A stretch of 64,000 nt of DNA from an uncultured virus (IMG/VR IMGVR_UViG_3300033148_003715) (Duplodnaviria > Heunggongvirae > Uroviricota > Caudoviricetes): the IMG/VR virus record IMGVR_UViG_3300033148_003715; one strand, given 5' to 3'. The translations under genes were made by a program, and so were the position numbers. The notes under the pieces are model-generated. The model was given only the letters and a program-made list of their open reading frames with translations, ran no database searches and was not told the origin of the DNA. The stretch's first letter is position 1, and each line of letters starts with the position of its first letter. Shown here in pieces: positions 47,237-57,300 of the stretch.

Positions 47237-47574
47237 TGGGCGACGCGGACGAGGCCGTGCTCTCGCGTTCTGGCGCTCGGCTGTTCTTCTACTGTCCAGG
47301 CTGTAAGTGTGCCCACTCCTACAACGTGGAACCCGGAGAGCGCGAGGACGGGACGGCCCTGCCGGTGTGGGAGTGGGACGGGAACATGACGAGCCCGACC
47401 TTCTCGCCGTCCCTGCGCTGCAATGGCGACGTGAAGGACGAGGACATCTACCCTCACACGACCGCGCACCGCTGTCACCTGTTCGTGCGGAGCGGGAAGA
47501 TTCAGTACTGCGCCGACTGCACGCACGGGTTTGCGGGACGGATCGTGGCGATGGAACCCTTCGGAGAGTGGTAG
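47236..47574 (+). CDS. Small Cys/His metal-binding protein (DUF6527-like)
   Basis: FYCPGCKCAH, WEWDGN..PTFSPSL, CHLFVRSGKIQYCADCTH. Confidence 0.7.
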   Translation: MGDADEAVLSRSGARLFFYCPGCKCAHSYNVEPGEREDGTALPVWEWDGNMTSPTFSPSLRCNGDVKDEDIYPHTTAHRCHLFVRSGKIQYCADCTHGFAGRIVAMEPFGEW

Positions 47575-47575
47575 C

Positions 47576-48265
47576 GTGCCCGCCCCGATCCTCGAGAAGC
47601 TACTCCCGTTCTTCAACTTCCGTCGCGACGACACCGGAGACCTGGATCGGTTCGTCAACCAGGTCCTCCAGCCGGTGCTCGACATGCTCTGGGACGAGCA
47701 CGAACGGTGGAAGCTCCAGGCGGACATCGACCAGGCCGAGTCGAACTCGATCAACGCCCACCTCCGCTCCTTCGGGAACCCGTTCCTGATCGCCTACGAC
47801 CAAGACCTGAATCGACGACGACTCCTCGCCCGGGTCCTGATCGACGTCTACAAGGCGAAGGGCGTCGAGCCCGGCCTGGTCGACGTGATCCGCGCCCTGA
47901 CGGGTATCGAGATCGTCTCGATCGTCAGTCCCGCCACGATCGACGCCTGGGACCTGGGAGTGGACGTGCTTGGAGACGGGACCGAGCCCAGCAATCCCGA
48001 CTTCGCCAACGTCGTCACCCTCGGTTCGTCTCCTGGCTTCATGCGATACTCATTCCAGATCGAGGTCCCGAGGGTCCTCACGTCGGACGAGCGGGAGATC
48101 ATTGAGCAGATCGTCGAGCTGGTGAAGCCGGCCCACACGCACTTCGTCGGCTTCAGGGAGCCGGGGGTCGCGTCTCCCGTCGAGCACTGGGAACTTGACG
48201 TTAGCTACTTGCACAAGACGGGCGAGCCGCTCCTCGGAGACGAGGCCGACCTTCACAGCCCGTAG
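47576..48265 (+). CDS. Baseplate/tail protein (P2 gpI-like)
   Basis: RRLLARVLIDVYKAKG...GL...IRALTG, VELVKPAHTH. Confidence 0.8.
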   Translation: MPAPILEKLLPFFNFRRDDTGDLDRFVNQVLQPVLDMLWDEHERWKLQADIDQAESNSINAHLRSFGNPFLIAYDQDLNRRRLLARVLIDVYKAKGVEPGLVDVIRALTGIEIVSIVSPATIDAWDLGVDVLGDGTEPSNPDFANVVTLGSSPGFMRYSFQIEVPRVLTSDEREIIEQIVELVKPAHTHFVGFREPGVASPVEHWELDVSYLHKTGEPLLGDEADLHSP

Positions 48266-48280
48266 GGGCAGGAGAGAAAC

Positions 48281-50068
48281 ATGCACAGGCAAGACTGGTA
48301 CTACCGTCAGCGCGTCACGGCGGCGGAGATGGACACGGCCGCGGACAACGCCGAGATCGCCGACCGGAGGATCACGCAGGAGATCATGGGCGAGGGGTTC
48401 TTGGTTGACGGGGTCAACCCGGCGACGGTCGTGGAGAACTCCCCCAAGGACCTCCAGGTGGTCTGCAACCAATTCCTCGGCTATAGCAAGCTCGGGGAGC
48501 GGGTTTCGAATCTGCTGACCGGCTACCTGGGCGGGATCGACCAAGGCGCGGCCCCGCAGACGATCGACCTCTCCGTTGACGAGGTCGGAGCCCCGACCAC
48601 GGTAGGGGCGGCGCCGAACGAGAAGACGCTCACGATCTTCGTCGAGTTTCGTCGGCACCCCAGCGACCCGCGCCTGGACGGGGTCGGGGCCACCGTCTAC
48701 TGGGAGCAGGCCGAGTCGATCCAGTTCAACGTGGTCCAGTCTGCTGAGGCCCCGCTGGGGACGTCGGTCCCGACGCCGGCCAGGGCAGACCAACTGATCC
48801 TTGCCGACGTCGTCCGGGTGTTCGCTCAGACTCAGTTCCAGAACAGCGACATTTCCCAGACACGGCGCGAGGACTTCGTCTTCAACCTGGTCCACGGACC
48901 CACTCACGTCGAGACCGGGTCGGACCCGATCCCGAACGCGACGCCCTCGGTGGGCGGACTCGAGAGCGCGGCCGACAAGACCAAGTTGAACACGATCACC
49001 TGGACCGACGCCGGGGTTGGGGGATTGTTCAACAACCAGTATCGGGACTTCCAGCCCGCGAACGTGACAGCCCCGGCGGCGATCTCGCTCGACGTGTCGA
49101 CCCAGATGTCCGCCCAGACCCCTGGCGGGAGCACGAGCGTCGAGGGGATCCTGACGACGCCGCCCGACAACTCGGTCGATATCAGGAAGGCCAACGGCGA
49201 CAGCTTCCTCAACGCGACCGGGGACAAGATCCAGGCCCGCCTCGGTGAGGCCGCGGGCGTGTGGACGCTCTCGTTCTTCTACCTGGACGAGACCACCGGG
49301 GCCGAGACCGGCTACGACATGACGCCCGACTCGGGGGCGACGATCGTCTGGTTCGTCCAGCGCGCGTACTCGCTCGAGAACCTGCCGAGCGGGAACCCCT
49401 CGAGAACGATCCCCTCGGACCAGGTCGCGGGCGAGGTCCCGGACGCGACCCCGACCCAGAAGGGGGTCATGGTCTTCGCCACCGACGGAGAGGTCGCGGC
49501 AAGCAAGGCCGTCCAGGGCAACGACTCCAGGCTGGCGAGTGGGAACGTCCCGGTCGGGACCGTGATCGACTGGCTCCGTCCCACCACGGGCGTCGCGGTC
49601 CCGACCGGGTACTGGCCCTGTGACGGCTCCACCGTCACCGCCACCGGGGGGATCTTCGACGGCTTCACCACGCCGGACCTGCGGGACAAGTTCGTCCGCG
49701 GCTACTCGGGCGCGCTCGGTTCCTACCCGCCGTTCACCACGGGCGGCTCCGACACCCACACCCACGGCAACACCGGGAGCGCGAGTCCGAACACGAACAG
49801 CCAGTCGCCCGGCACGGATAGCCAGGGCGGTCACGACCACACCGGCACCACCGGCACCACGAACATCGGAACCTTCGTCGCCAGCTCCGGCGGGGACGCG
49901 CTCGCCCTCACCGCGGCCGGTCACTCCCATACGATCGGCACCGACGGGGCCCACACCCACACGGTCAATTCCCACTCCCACACGGTCGACAGCCACGCCC
50001 ACACAACCGGCTCGGGCAACAACGTGCCCGCATGGGTCGGGCTCTACAAGCTGCTCCGAGTCACATAG
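48281..50068 (+). CDS. Tail fibre with collar domain and His-rich tip
   Basis: DATPTQKGV, VPVGTVIDW...VPTGYWPCDG, TPDLRDKFVRG, repeated HxH, NNVPAW. Confidence 0.88.
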   Translation: MHRQDWYYRQRVTAAEMDTAADNAEIADRRITQEIMGEGFLVDGVNPATVVENSPKDLQVVCNQFLGYSKLGERVSNLLTGYLGGIDQGAAPQTIDLSVDEVGAPTTVGAAPNEKTLTIFVEFRRHPSDPRLDGVGATVYWEQAESIQFNVVQSAEAPLGTSVPTPARADQLILADVVRVFAQTQFQNSDISQTRREDFVFNLVHGPTHVETGSDPIPNATPSVGGLESAADKTKLNTITWTDAGVGGLFNNQYRDFQPANVTAPAAISLDVSTQMSAQTPGGSTSVEGILTTPPDNSVDIRKANGDSFLNATGDKIQARLGEAAGVWTLSFFYLDETTGAETGYDMTPDSGATIVWFVQRAYSLENLPSGNPSRTIPSDQVAGEVPDATPTQKGVMVFATDGEVAASKAVQGNDSRLASGNVPVGTVIDWLRPTTGVAVPTGYWPCDGSTVTATGGIFDGFTTPDLRDKFVRGYSGALGSYPPFTTGGSDTHTHGNTGSASPNTNSQSPGTDSQGGHDHTGTTGTTNIGTFVASSGGDALALTAAGHSHTIGTDGAHTHTVNSHSHTVDSHAHTTGSGNNVPAWVGLYKLLRVT

Positions 50069-50091
50069 GAACACCAGACAGGAGAGAAGGA

Positions 50092-50367
50092 ATGAAGACA
50101 CTCGCGTTGGGATTCGTGTTCGCGCTCGCGGGCTGCTGTTCGTGCCCGCACGCGGTCACGACCGCCAAGGGCATGATCTCCACCCTGAAAGGAGACATGA
50201 ACGACGACTCGCTCCCGATCGAGGCCAGGGAGATCGCCACCGACGATCACGACGCCTTCTGGGCGATCGTCAACCACCTCGACGACACCCCGCTTCCCGA
50301 GGACGTCGCTGCCCGCAAGGCGGTCAGGGACGAGGCGAAGAAGGCCGCGGCCGGAGGCGGCCAGTGA
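50092..50367 (+). CDS. Lipoprotein
   Basis: MKTLALGFVFALAG-C lipobox; ATG 50092. Confidence 0.7.
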   Translation: MKTLALGFVFALAGCCSCPHAVTTAKGMISTLKGDMNDDSLPIEAREIATDDHDAFWAIVNHLDDTPLPEDVAARKAVRDEAKKAAAGGGQ

Positions 50368-50885
50368 GCGAGCAGATCAAGGCTGCGCTCGTCGACCTCC
50401 TCAGGGAGAAGACGAGCGGCGAGATCGGCTCCCACCTCCTCTCGCAGGAACCGAAGGAGTGGATCGACAAGGCAAGTATACTCCTCGGCGACCGCGGCGA
50501 GGGCTGGCTCGACGAGGTCCTCGACGCGGGCGAGGACCTGGTCGACGCGGAGGCGGACGGCGAGTACGCCAAGGCCGGCGCGGAGGCGATCACGCTCCTC
50601 AGGGAGAACAAGCAGCCGTTCCTCCGCATGGGCGACGTGACCCTGGCCTGGGTGGCGGCCAACTTCGACGACGACCAGGAGGAGGCGAAGCGCGTCTACA
50701 TGGCGACCCGAGCCACCTACGCGGAGCGCCGCGCGTACAAGCACGCCCTCACGGACCATCTGATCGACTGGACCGCCGAGGCCAGCGACGCCTGGGACGC
50801 GGTCGCGGACGTGTTGGGCAAGATCGGGAACATCGGCCTCAGGCTGATCACCAAGGCAGCGCTCGGCACGATCGGGCTCGCCTGA
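50364..50885 (+). CDS. Hypothetical helical protein
   Basis: GTGA overlap, GGAGG RBS; amphipathic C-terminus. Confidence 0.7.
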   Translation: MSEQIKAALVDLLREKTSGEIGSHLLSQEPKEWIDKASILLGDRGEGWLDEVLDAGEDLVDAEADGEYAKAGAEAITLLRENKQPFLRMGDVTLAWVAANFDDDQEEAKRVYMATRATYAERRAYKHALTDHLIDWTAEASDAWDAVADVLGKIGNIGLRLITKAALGTIGLA

Positions 50886-50888
50886 GAA

Positions 50889-50906
50889 GTTTGGGATATC
50901 GCAAAG
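50889..50906. promoter_or_regulatory. 18-bp palindrome, copy 7 (two mismatches)
   Basis: GTTTGGGATATCGCAAAG between a stop and an RBS. Confidence 0.75.
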
Positions 50907-50921
50907 CGAAAGGAGTAGACG

Positions 50922-51296
50922 ATGGACAAGTGGAGTGAGGGGCAGTTCACAAAGCTGCTCGAGGAGGTGCAGGAGCCGTTCCAGGACGGCTTCGACTGGG
51001 AGGACATTCCCAAGGCGCTCAAGACGAGCCTCGATGTCGTCCAGGGCCTCGACGAGCTGACCAACACGGAGAAGCGCGACGGGGCGATCAAGCTCGGCCG
51101 GGGGCTGCTCGAGAAGCATCTACCCGTGCTGCTCGACGAGCACGACCTACCGTGGGTGCCGGCCATGCTCGAGAAGACCGTCGTCGACCCGTGGCTGCTC
51201 AAGGGAGCCCTCTGGGCCTACGACCGGTTCGCACCCGATCTGTTCACCTGGGTCGTCGACGCCGCCAAGGGGAGGCTTGCGATCAAGCAGGGATAG
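50922..51296 (+). CDS. Hypothetical protein
   Basis: AAGGAG RBS. Confidence 0.7.
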   Translation: MDKWSEGQFTKLLEEVQEPFQDGFDWEDIPKALKTSLDVVQGLDELTNTEKRDGAIKLGRGLLEKHLPVLLDEHDLPWVPAMLEKTVVDPWLLKGALWAYDRFAPDLFTWVVDAAKGRLAIKQG

Positions 51297-51338
51297 CTGC
51301 ACTGGTCGACCCCCCACCGGGTCGTCCGACTTCCGAAG

Positions 51339-51380
51339 CTGCGGCGTTGCGGGGTGTTCCTGCAACGCCGCAGTTCTTTG
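51339..51380 (+). terminator. Intrinsic terminator ending the structural region
   Basis: CTGCGGCGTTGC...GCAACGCCGCAG stem followed by TTCTTTG. Confidence 0.7.
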
Positions 51381-51439
51381 ATGGGCCGAGGGGTCTAATA
51401 GAGAGACCTTTGAGAAAAGCAGTTAAAGGAAGAAGTACT

Positions 51440-51946
51440 ATGCAGATCACGTATAAGGATCTGGGCCAACCCTTCCTTGTCTGGTGGCAATCGGTCCCGT
51501 GGAGGAAGACCCCGATCTTGACCGTGTCGTGGCCTGGCCTGATAGTGATCGGGGCCGATCCAGAGTGGCCGGACGGGTTCACTCCCTCAAGGTTGGACGG
51601 GTGGGGCAAGTGCTCGTTCAGGTTCGCCAAGGTAAGGAATCTCCCGGGCGTGCGTTCCCTCCCCGATGTACCGGTCCCGAACCTCGAGCCTGTTCTCGAT
51701 CTCAAACGCGGCCACCTCCAGAAGGGGAAGCCGGGTTTGAGATCGGATCGTGAGATCAAGTTCGGCGAGCGTGGGGTCTATTTGGGTATGGGAGACAGAT
51801 CCAAGATCAGGAGAGCGCTCGGGACGTCCTCGAGTCAGATCCTCGAGTTCCGACTGTTCGAGTCCGAGGAGCCCGAGGGACTGAAGGTGATCGTCTACAA
51901 GAGCAAGAGGATGAGGGTGATCGCGTCGGTCTCGGAGGGAGAGTGA
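51440..51946 (+). CDS. Hypothetical protein
   Basis: ATG 51440 after an A-rich leader; GTGA overlap with the helicase. Confidence 0.55.
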   Translation: MQITYKDLGQPFLVWWQSVPWRKTPILTVSWPGLIVIGADPEWPDGFTPSRLDGWGKCSFRFAKVRNLPGVRSLPDVPVPNLEPVLDLKRGHLQKGKPGLRSDREIKFGERGVYLGMGDRSKIRRALGTSSSQILEFRLFESEEPEGLKVIVYKSKRMRVIASVSEGE

Positions 51947-53658
51947 TCCTCGTCTCCCTGACCCGGGCGGGCACGGTCGGGCTCAGACCCAAGACCAGAG
52001 CCGACCGTGCCCGCCTAAGGTCTATCCCGTACGTGAAGCGGACCCGCAGCGGGGTCGGGGCTACGTGGTGGACCTATCTGTCGGATCTGCGCCGAGACGT
52101 GCCGGCTCGTCAGCTCTGTTGGGACCCAGGGGTGGTCGGCCGTCTCCGCGCGTTGAAGCTCTCCCTGGACGAGCGCCTCAAGGGCGACGACGACGAGGTC
52201 CTGCGTGAGTTTGCCGACGGGGTCGAGCCATACCGGTTTCAGATCCAGGCGATTCATTGCGCGCTCAACGTGAAGCGCCTCCTGATCGCCGACGACACCG
52301 GGCTTGGGAAAACCATTGAGACCATCGGGACCATGCAGGTCGCGATGGCTAGAGGTCTGGTTCGGCGTGCGATCCTAGTCGTCCCGTCCGGGGTGAAGGT
52401 CCAGTGGTACGAGGAGATCCACCGCTTCGCTCGTTGTCCGCCTGATCCGATCGTGGTCGTCATGGGGGGATCGCCCAAGACCAGGAAGACCATCTACAAG
52501 AAGTCCTGGCGGGTCCTGGTGATCAACCCCGAGCTGGTCAGGATCGACAGCCGACACATCGACCGCGTGGAGGATGTCGACTTCGTCGTCCTCGACGAGG
52601 CGAGCTGTATTCGGAACCCCGACACAGCCATCGCCTACACGATGAAGGAGCTGTTCAAAAGGACCAAGTTCCGACTCGCCCTCACGGCGACACCGGTCGA
52701 GAACCGACTCGCCGATCTTTGGTCGGTCTTCGAGTGGGTGGACAGGCGCGTGTTTCTATCGAAGAGGTACTTCGATAGCCGATACATCGTTTGGAAGAAG
52801 CGCAAGCTGACCGTCTACAGTAATCGGCTCAAGCGCAATGTGACGATCACCAAAGAGGAGCCTTTGCGATATCGCAAACTCCGTGAGGTTCAGGCGAAGA
52901 TTCGACCCGCCTACATCCGACGTCGAGTCAGCGACGTCGAGATTGAGCTTCCAGGCTTGATCGTCAAGTGGGAGACGATCCACCTTCCCAAGAGACAGAG
53001 GCTCGTCTACGAGGCCATCAAGGACAAGGTCATCGCCAAGCTCGCGGGACTGCGAGGTGCCGCGCTCCGGGCTCCCCTCCAGGCCCTCAGGCAGGCGTGC
53101 AACAGCACGGCACTGGTGGAGCGGGCCGGGGGGCAGAAGCCCGTCCACGCCAAGGTGGACCGGATCCGGGAGCTGCTCGAGACCGAGCTGGCCGGCGAGC
53201 AGGTGATCGTCTTCACCGACTACGAGCGGTTCGTCAGGCTCATGATGGACGAGCTGCGCCAGTACCGCCCCGTGGCCTACACGGGGAAGATGACCAAGCG
53301 GGACAAGCAGCGGGCCGTAGAGGCGTTCCGGCTCGGGGACCGGCGGCTCCTCCTCGGGACCAAGGCGCTCGAGCGCGGGCACAACCTCCAGAACGCCTCG
53401 ATTGTGATCAACGTCGACCTGCCCTGGAACCCGGCCGCGGTAGCCCAGCGGATCGGGAGGATCCGCCGGATCGGGTCCGAGCACGGCACGTGCAGGTTGA
53501 TCAACATGATCGCCAAGGGGACGGTCGAAGAGAAGCTGATCATGCGGAAGCTCTACCTCAAGAACAAGCTGTTCCTGGATCTGTTCGAGTCAGCGAGTGA
53601 CGTCACGTTTGACCTGTTCGAATCCATGGGCGGGGCGGAGGTAGCGGACTTCCTGTGA
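51943..53658 (+). CDS. SNF2-family helicase/translocase
   Basis: IADDTGLGKT, VVLDEAS, ALTATPVEN, GHNLQNAS.VINVDLPWNP, QRIGRIRRIG. Confidence 0.92.
   Translation: MILVSLTRAGTVGLRPKTRADRARLRSIPYVKRTRSGVGATWWTYLSDLRRDVPARQLCWDPGVVGRLRALKLSLDERLKGDDDEVLREFADGVEPYRFQIQAIHCALNVKRLLIADDTGLGKTIETIGTMQVAMARGLVRRAILVVPSGVKVQWYEEIHRFARCPPDPIVVVMGGSPKTRKTIYKKSWRVLVINPELVRIDSRHIDRVEDVDFVVLDEASCIRNPDTAIAYTMKELFKRTKFRLALTATPVENRLADLWSVFEWVDRRVFLSKRYFDSRYIVWKKRKLTVYSNRLKRNVTITKEEPLRYRKLREVQAKIRPAYIRRRVSDVEIELPGLIVKWETIHLPKRQRLVYEAIKDKVIAKLAGLRGAALRAPLQALRQACNSTALVERAGGQKPVHAKVDRIRELLETELAGEQVIVFTDYERFVRLMMDELRQYRPVAYTGKMTKRDKQRAVEAFRLGDRRLLLGTKALERGHNLQNASIVINVDLPWNPAAVAQRIGRIRRIGSEHGTCRLINMIAKGTVEEKLIMRKLYLKNKLFLDLFESASDVTFDLFESMGGAEVADFL
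52862..52879. promoter_or_regulatory. Palindrome, copy 8 (symmetric variant), inside the SNF2 CDS
   Basis: CTTTGCGATATCGCAAAC; inner 16 bp TTTGCGATATCGCAAA is a perfect palindrome. Confidence 0.7.
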
Positions 53659-53693
53659 CCGCCGCACAGGGATCTAATCAGATAGGAGGACGC

Positions 53694-54281
53694 ATGAAGA
53701 TCGAGATCGGGCAAGGCGAGGAGATCGTGATCACCCTGGAGGATACGGACGGGGAGTTCACGATCAAGTGGGGAGAGGAGGCGCTCACGATCGAGGCCGA
53801 CCTACCCGACGACGAGGGGCGCGGCGGGCACGTCGAGCTGAACGAGCGCAAGGTCGACCCTGACCAACCGGACTGCGACCCGGTCATCTACCGGGAGACG
53901 TTCGGGCGCGACATGGACGAGGGGGGGAACAAGATCCCGCCGGTCGGGGTCGTGACGATCAGTGGCGGTTACGGGCCCGACGGCGAGCCGCTGGAGCAGA
54001 AGGTTGAGATCGTGGGCGGACTTCGGCATCGCGACAAGCTCCTCGGGGACCTCGCGGCGGAGCTGAAGCGGCGCGACCACCACAACGCCAAGGTCCAGCT
54101 CGAGAACCGCGGCCACATGCAGACGACGAACGTGATCCACATTCACGCTCGCCTCGTCGACGCCGAGGGTGAGGTGCTGCTCGACGGCTACTTCGGCACG
54201 GTCCTCGAGTACGTGGTCGAGGACATCTACTGGGACGAGAACGGCGACTGGGCCGACGCGGTGCGGGTCGAGTTCGAGTAG
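53694..54281 (+). CDS. Hypothetical acidic protein
   Basis: ATG 53694 with AGGAGGA RBS. Confidence 0.7.
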   Translation: MKIEIGQGEEIVITLEDTDGEFTIKWGEEALTIEADLPDDEGRGGHVELNERKVDPDQPDCDPVIYRETFGRDMDEGGNKIPPVGVVTISGGYGPDGEPLEQKVEIVGGLRHRDKLLGDLAAELKRRDHHNAKVQLENRGHMQTTNVIHIHARLVDAEGEVLLDGYFGTVLEYVVEDIYWDENGDWADAVRVEFE

Positions 54282-54296
54282 GTCCTCGGTCTTCGA

Positions 54297-54314
54297 GTTT
54301 GGGATATCCCAAAC
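54297..54314. promoter_or_regulatory. 18-bp palindrome, copy 9 (perfect; extends to 22 bp, 54295-54316)
   Basis: GA-GTTTGGGATATCCCAAAC-TC just upstream of the dnaE RBS. Confidence 0.85.
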
Positions 54315-54328
54315 TCTCAAGGAGAAGC

Positions 54329-57300
54329 ATGGCTCGTAAGAAGACCTTCTTCCCGATGCTTCACACTCATGACGAATACAGCATCAAGGACGGATGCAGC
54401 ACGGTCGAGACCTACGCGAAGATCGTGAAGGGGCTCGGGGGTGACTCGCTTGCCGTGACCAATCACGGCCAGGCGGCGGGATTTGCCCGGCAGTGGTTCG
54501 CTTGCAAGGACCAGGGGATCAAGCCCATCTTCGGCCTCGAGGCCTACCTGTGCGAGGACCGCCACTCTACCGTCAGGGATGTCCTGGTCGAACTGAGGAA
54601 GAAGGACAAGAAGGCGAAGGGCAAGGACCTCTCGATCCGCGCCAAGATCGCCAAGGCCGACGCTTTCCTCAAGGAGCGGTTCCGGCCGAGCCCTCATTCG
54701 GTCTTGCTGGCCCAAACCCGGGAGGGATACCGCAACCTGGTCCGAGTCTCGTCCGACTCCTGGCAGCGCGGCTTCTACTACGTGCCCAGGACCGACACGG
54801 CGTTTCTCGCCGAGCACGCCGAGGGGCTCGCCTACTCAACGGCCTGCATGGGCGGCTACATTCCTAAGCTCGCCAGGGACGACCCCGAGAAGGCCCTCAG
54901 GGAGGCCAGGAGGCTTCAAAAAGCATTCGAGGGGAGATTCTATGTCGAGCTGCTCATGACCGAGTACGGGCCCCAGAGGGAGTCCAACCAGGCTATGCTT
55001 GAGCTGGCCCACGAGATCGGGGCTCGGACGATCCTGACCTGCGACGTCCACTACGCGCGCCCGCGGGACTCGAAGGCGCAGGACACGCTCCTGCTAATGC
55101 GGGACAAGAAGACCATCAAGGACCGCGAGACCGGCGGCGAGGTCTGGCAATTCGAGACCAAGGACCTCTACTGGAAGACGCTCGAGCGCGTCGTCGAGTG
55201 CTGGCGAGACCATCACGGCGACTACCTGGATCGGAAGACGTTCAAGCGGTCGGTCAGGAACACCTACGCGCTCGCGGAGTCGATCGAGCACATAGAGTTC
55301 GACACGAGCCTGAAGCTCCCGGGGGTGTTTGAGAATCCCCAGGCCACGTTGAGGGAGCTGGTCGTGGTAGGGCTACGCCTCCGGGTGGCTCGTGGCGAGG
55401 TCCCGGCCAGTGGGAAGACGAGGCGCGACTACGTGGACCGGATCAAGCGCGAGCTGACCGTGGTCAACGTGAAGGGGTTCGCGGAGTACTTCCTTGTCCT
55501 GCACGACGTGTGCGACCACGCCCGGAAGATTGGCTCGCGCATGGGCCCCGGCCGGGGGAGCGCGGGCGGTTCGCTCCTTGCGTTCCTCCTGCGAATCACC
55601 GAGATCGACCCACTGCGATTCTCGCTCCTGTTCGAGCGGTTCCTGGACGAGAACAGGCCAGACCCGCCCGACATCGACCTCGACTTCTCTCCCGAGCACC
55701 GCGACGCGATCAAGCAGTACGTGCAGGACCAGTACCCGGCCACGGCAACGATCGGATCGTTCGGCACCTTCAAGCCCAGGACGACGATTCAGAACGTGGC
55801 CCGCGTCTACGGGCTCGACCACCGCGAGGTCCTGAAGATCACCAAGCCCCTCGGGACCGACGCGGATAAGAAGACGTGGGATGAGGTGTTTGATCTCTGG
55901 CCTGAGGTCGAGGAGTTCGCCGACGACAACCCCGAGGCGTGGGAGGTGATCAAGACCCTCCGGGGGTTGATCTCCCACCGGGGTAAGAACGCCGCCGGGG
56001 TCCTGATCGCGCCGGCTTCGGCTCTGGACGAGATCCCCATGATCGTCGAGCCCGACACGGGCCAGGTCGTGACTGCGTTTCCAGACAGCCAGGGCGATGG
56101 GGTCACCTATCACGGGCGTGAGCTGACCAGGTTGGGCTACTTGAAGCTCGACATCCTCGGGGTCCGCAACCTCAATATCGCTCCTTTGGCGGCCGAGATC
56201 CTCGAGCGCGAGACCGGCGAGATGGTCGATCTGTCGGTGTCGTCTATGCCGCTCGACGACGCTCCGACTCTCGCGACGGCCTCGACGGCTGTCGTGCCTG
56301 GCGTATTCCAGCTCGACTCGGCGACGACGCGCCCGATCCTCAAGCACGTCGGCGTTGACTCGTTCATTGACCTCGTCATGGTGACCGCGCTCTGTCGACC
56401 CGGCCCGCTCAAGCACGAGATCCATCGCGAGTTTTCACGACTCAAGCGGGCCGGCGGCGAGTGGAAGCGCGGCCTCCACCCGAAGCTCGTCCCGCTTCTC
56501 CGGGAGAGCCGCGGACTCATGATTCTCCAAGAGGATGTTATGGCCGTCGTCCAGGTCCTCGGGGGTCTCACGTTCGGCGAGGCCAACATGGTGCGTAAGG
56601 TGATCGGGAAGAAGCTCGACCCGGCTGCATTCAAGCCCTGGTGGGAGAAGTTCCTCGAGGGCGGTCTCGCTTTGGATCATTCCAAGGAGGAGCTAGAAGG
56701 AACGTGGTCGAAGATTGTCACCTTCGCCCGCTATGGATTCCCGAAAGCTCACGGGGTCGCCTACATGCTGACTAGCTATCAGCAGCTCTACATGCTCACC
56801 CACCATCCACTGTTCTACTTTGCCGCGCTCCTCGCCCAGACCCCGCGCTCGAAGAAGACCAACTGGGGCGAGGAGAAGCTCGTCGGATTCATGCGGTCCG
56901 CCATGGGAGGCAGCCTGTCCGTGTTGGGTCCAGACGCGAGAGCCGGTTCGATCGAGTTCGACGTCGAGGACGGGGCGATCAGGTTCGGCCTCTCGAAGAT
57001 CAAGGGAGTCGCGAGCGCGGCCGAGGCCGTCCTGGCCGCGCGACCCTTCTCGACCCTCTCGGAGTTCCACGACAAGATCGAGAAGAAGAAGGCGAACGCG
57101 CGAGTCGTGAAGGCCTTGATCTACTCCGGTGCGCTAGACGGACTCCGGCTCGGACGCGGTCTCGAGCGGGCCGAGCACGAGGCGCGCGAGCAGGGCGTTT
57201 TCCCGGAGGAGATCGAGTGGAGGAACGTGCTCATCGCGGGCTATCACGCCCTGCGGAAGACCAAGGGCGATCCTGACGTGTTTCTCTCGGGCTCGCTCCT

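Noticed and set aside
34218..50068. Stand-alone contractile injection system or tailocin
   Set aside because: Terminase, portal, capsid and replication genes are present, so this is a phage.
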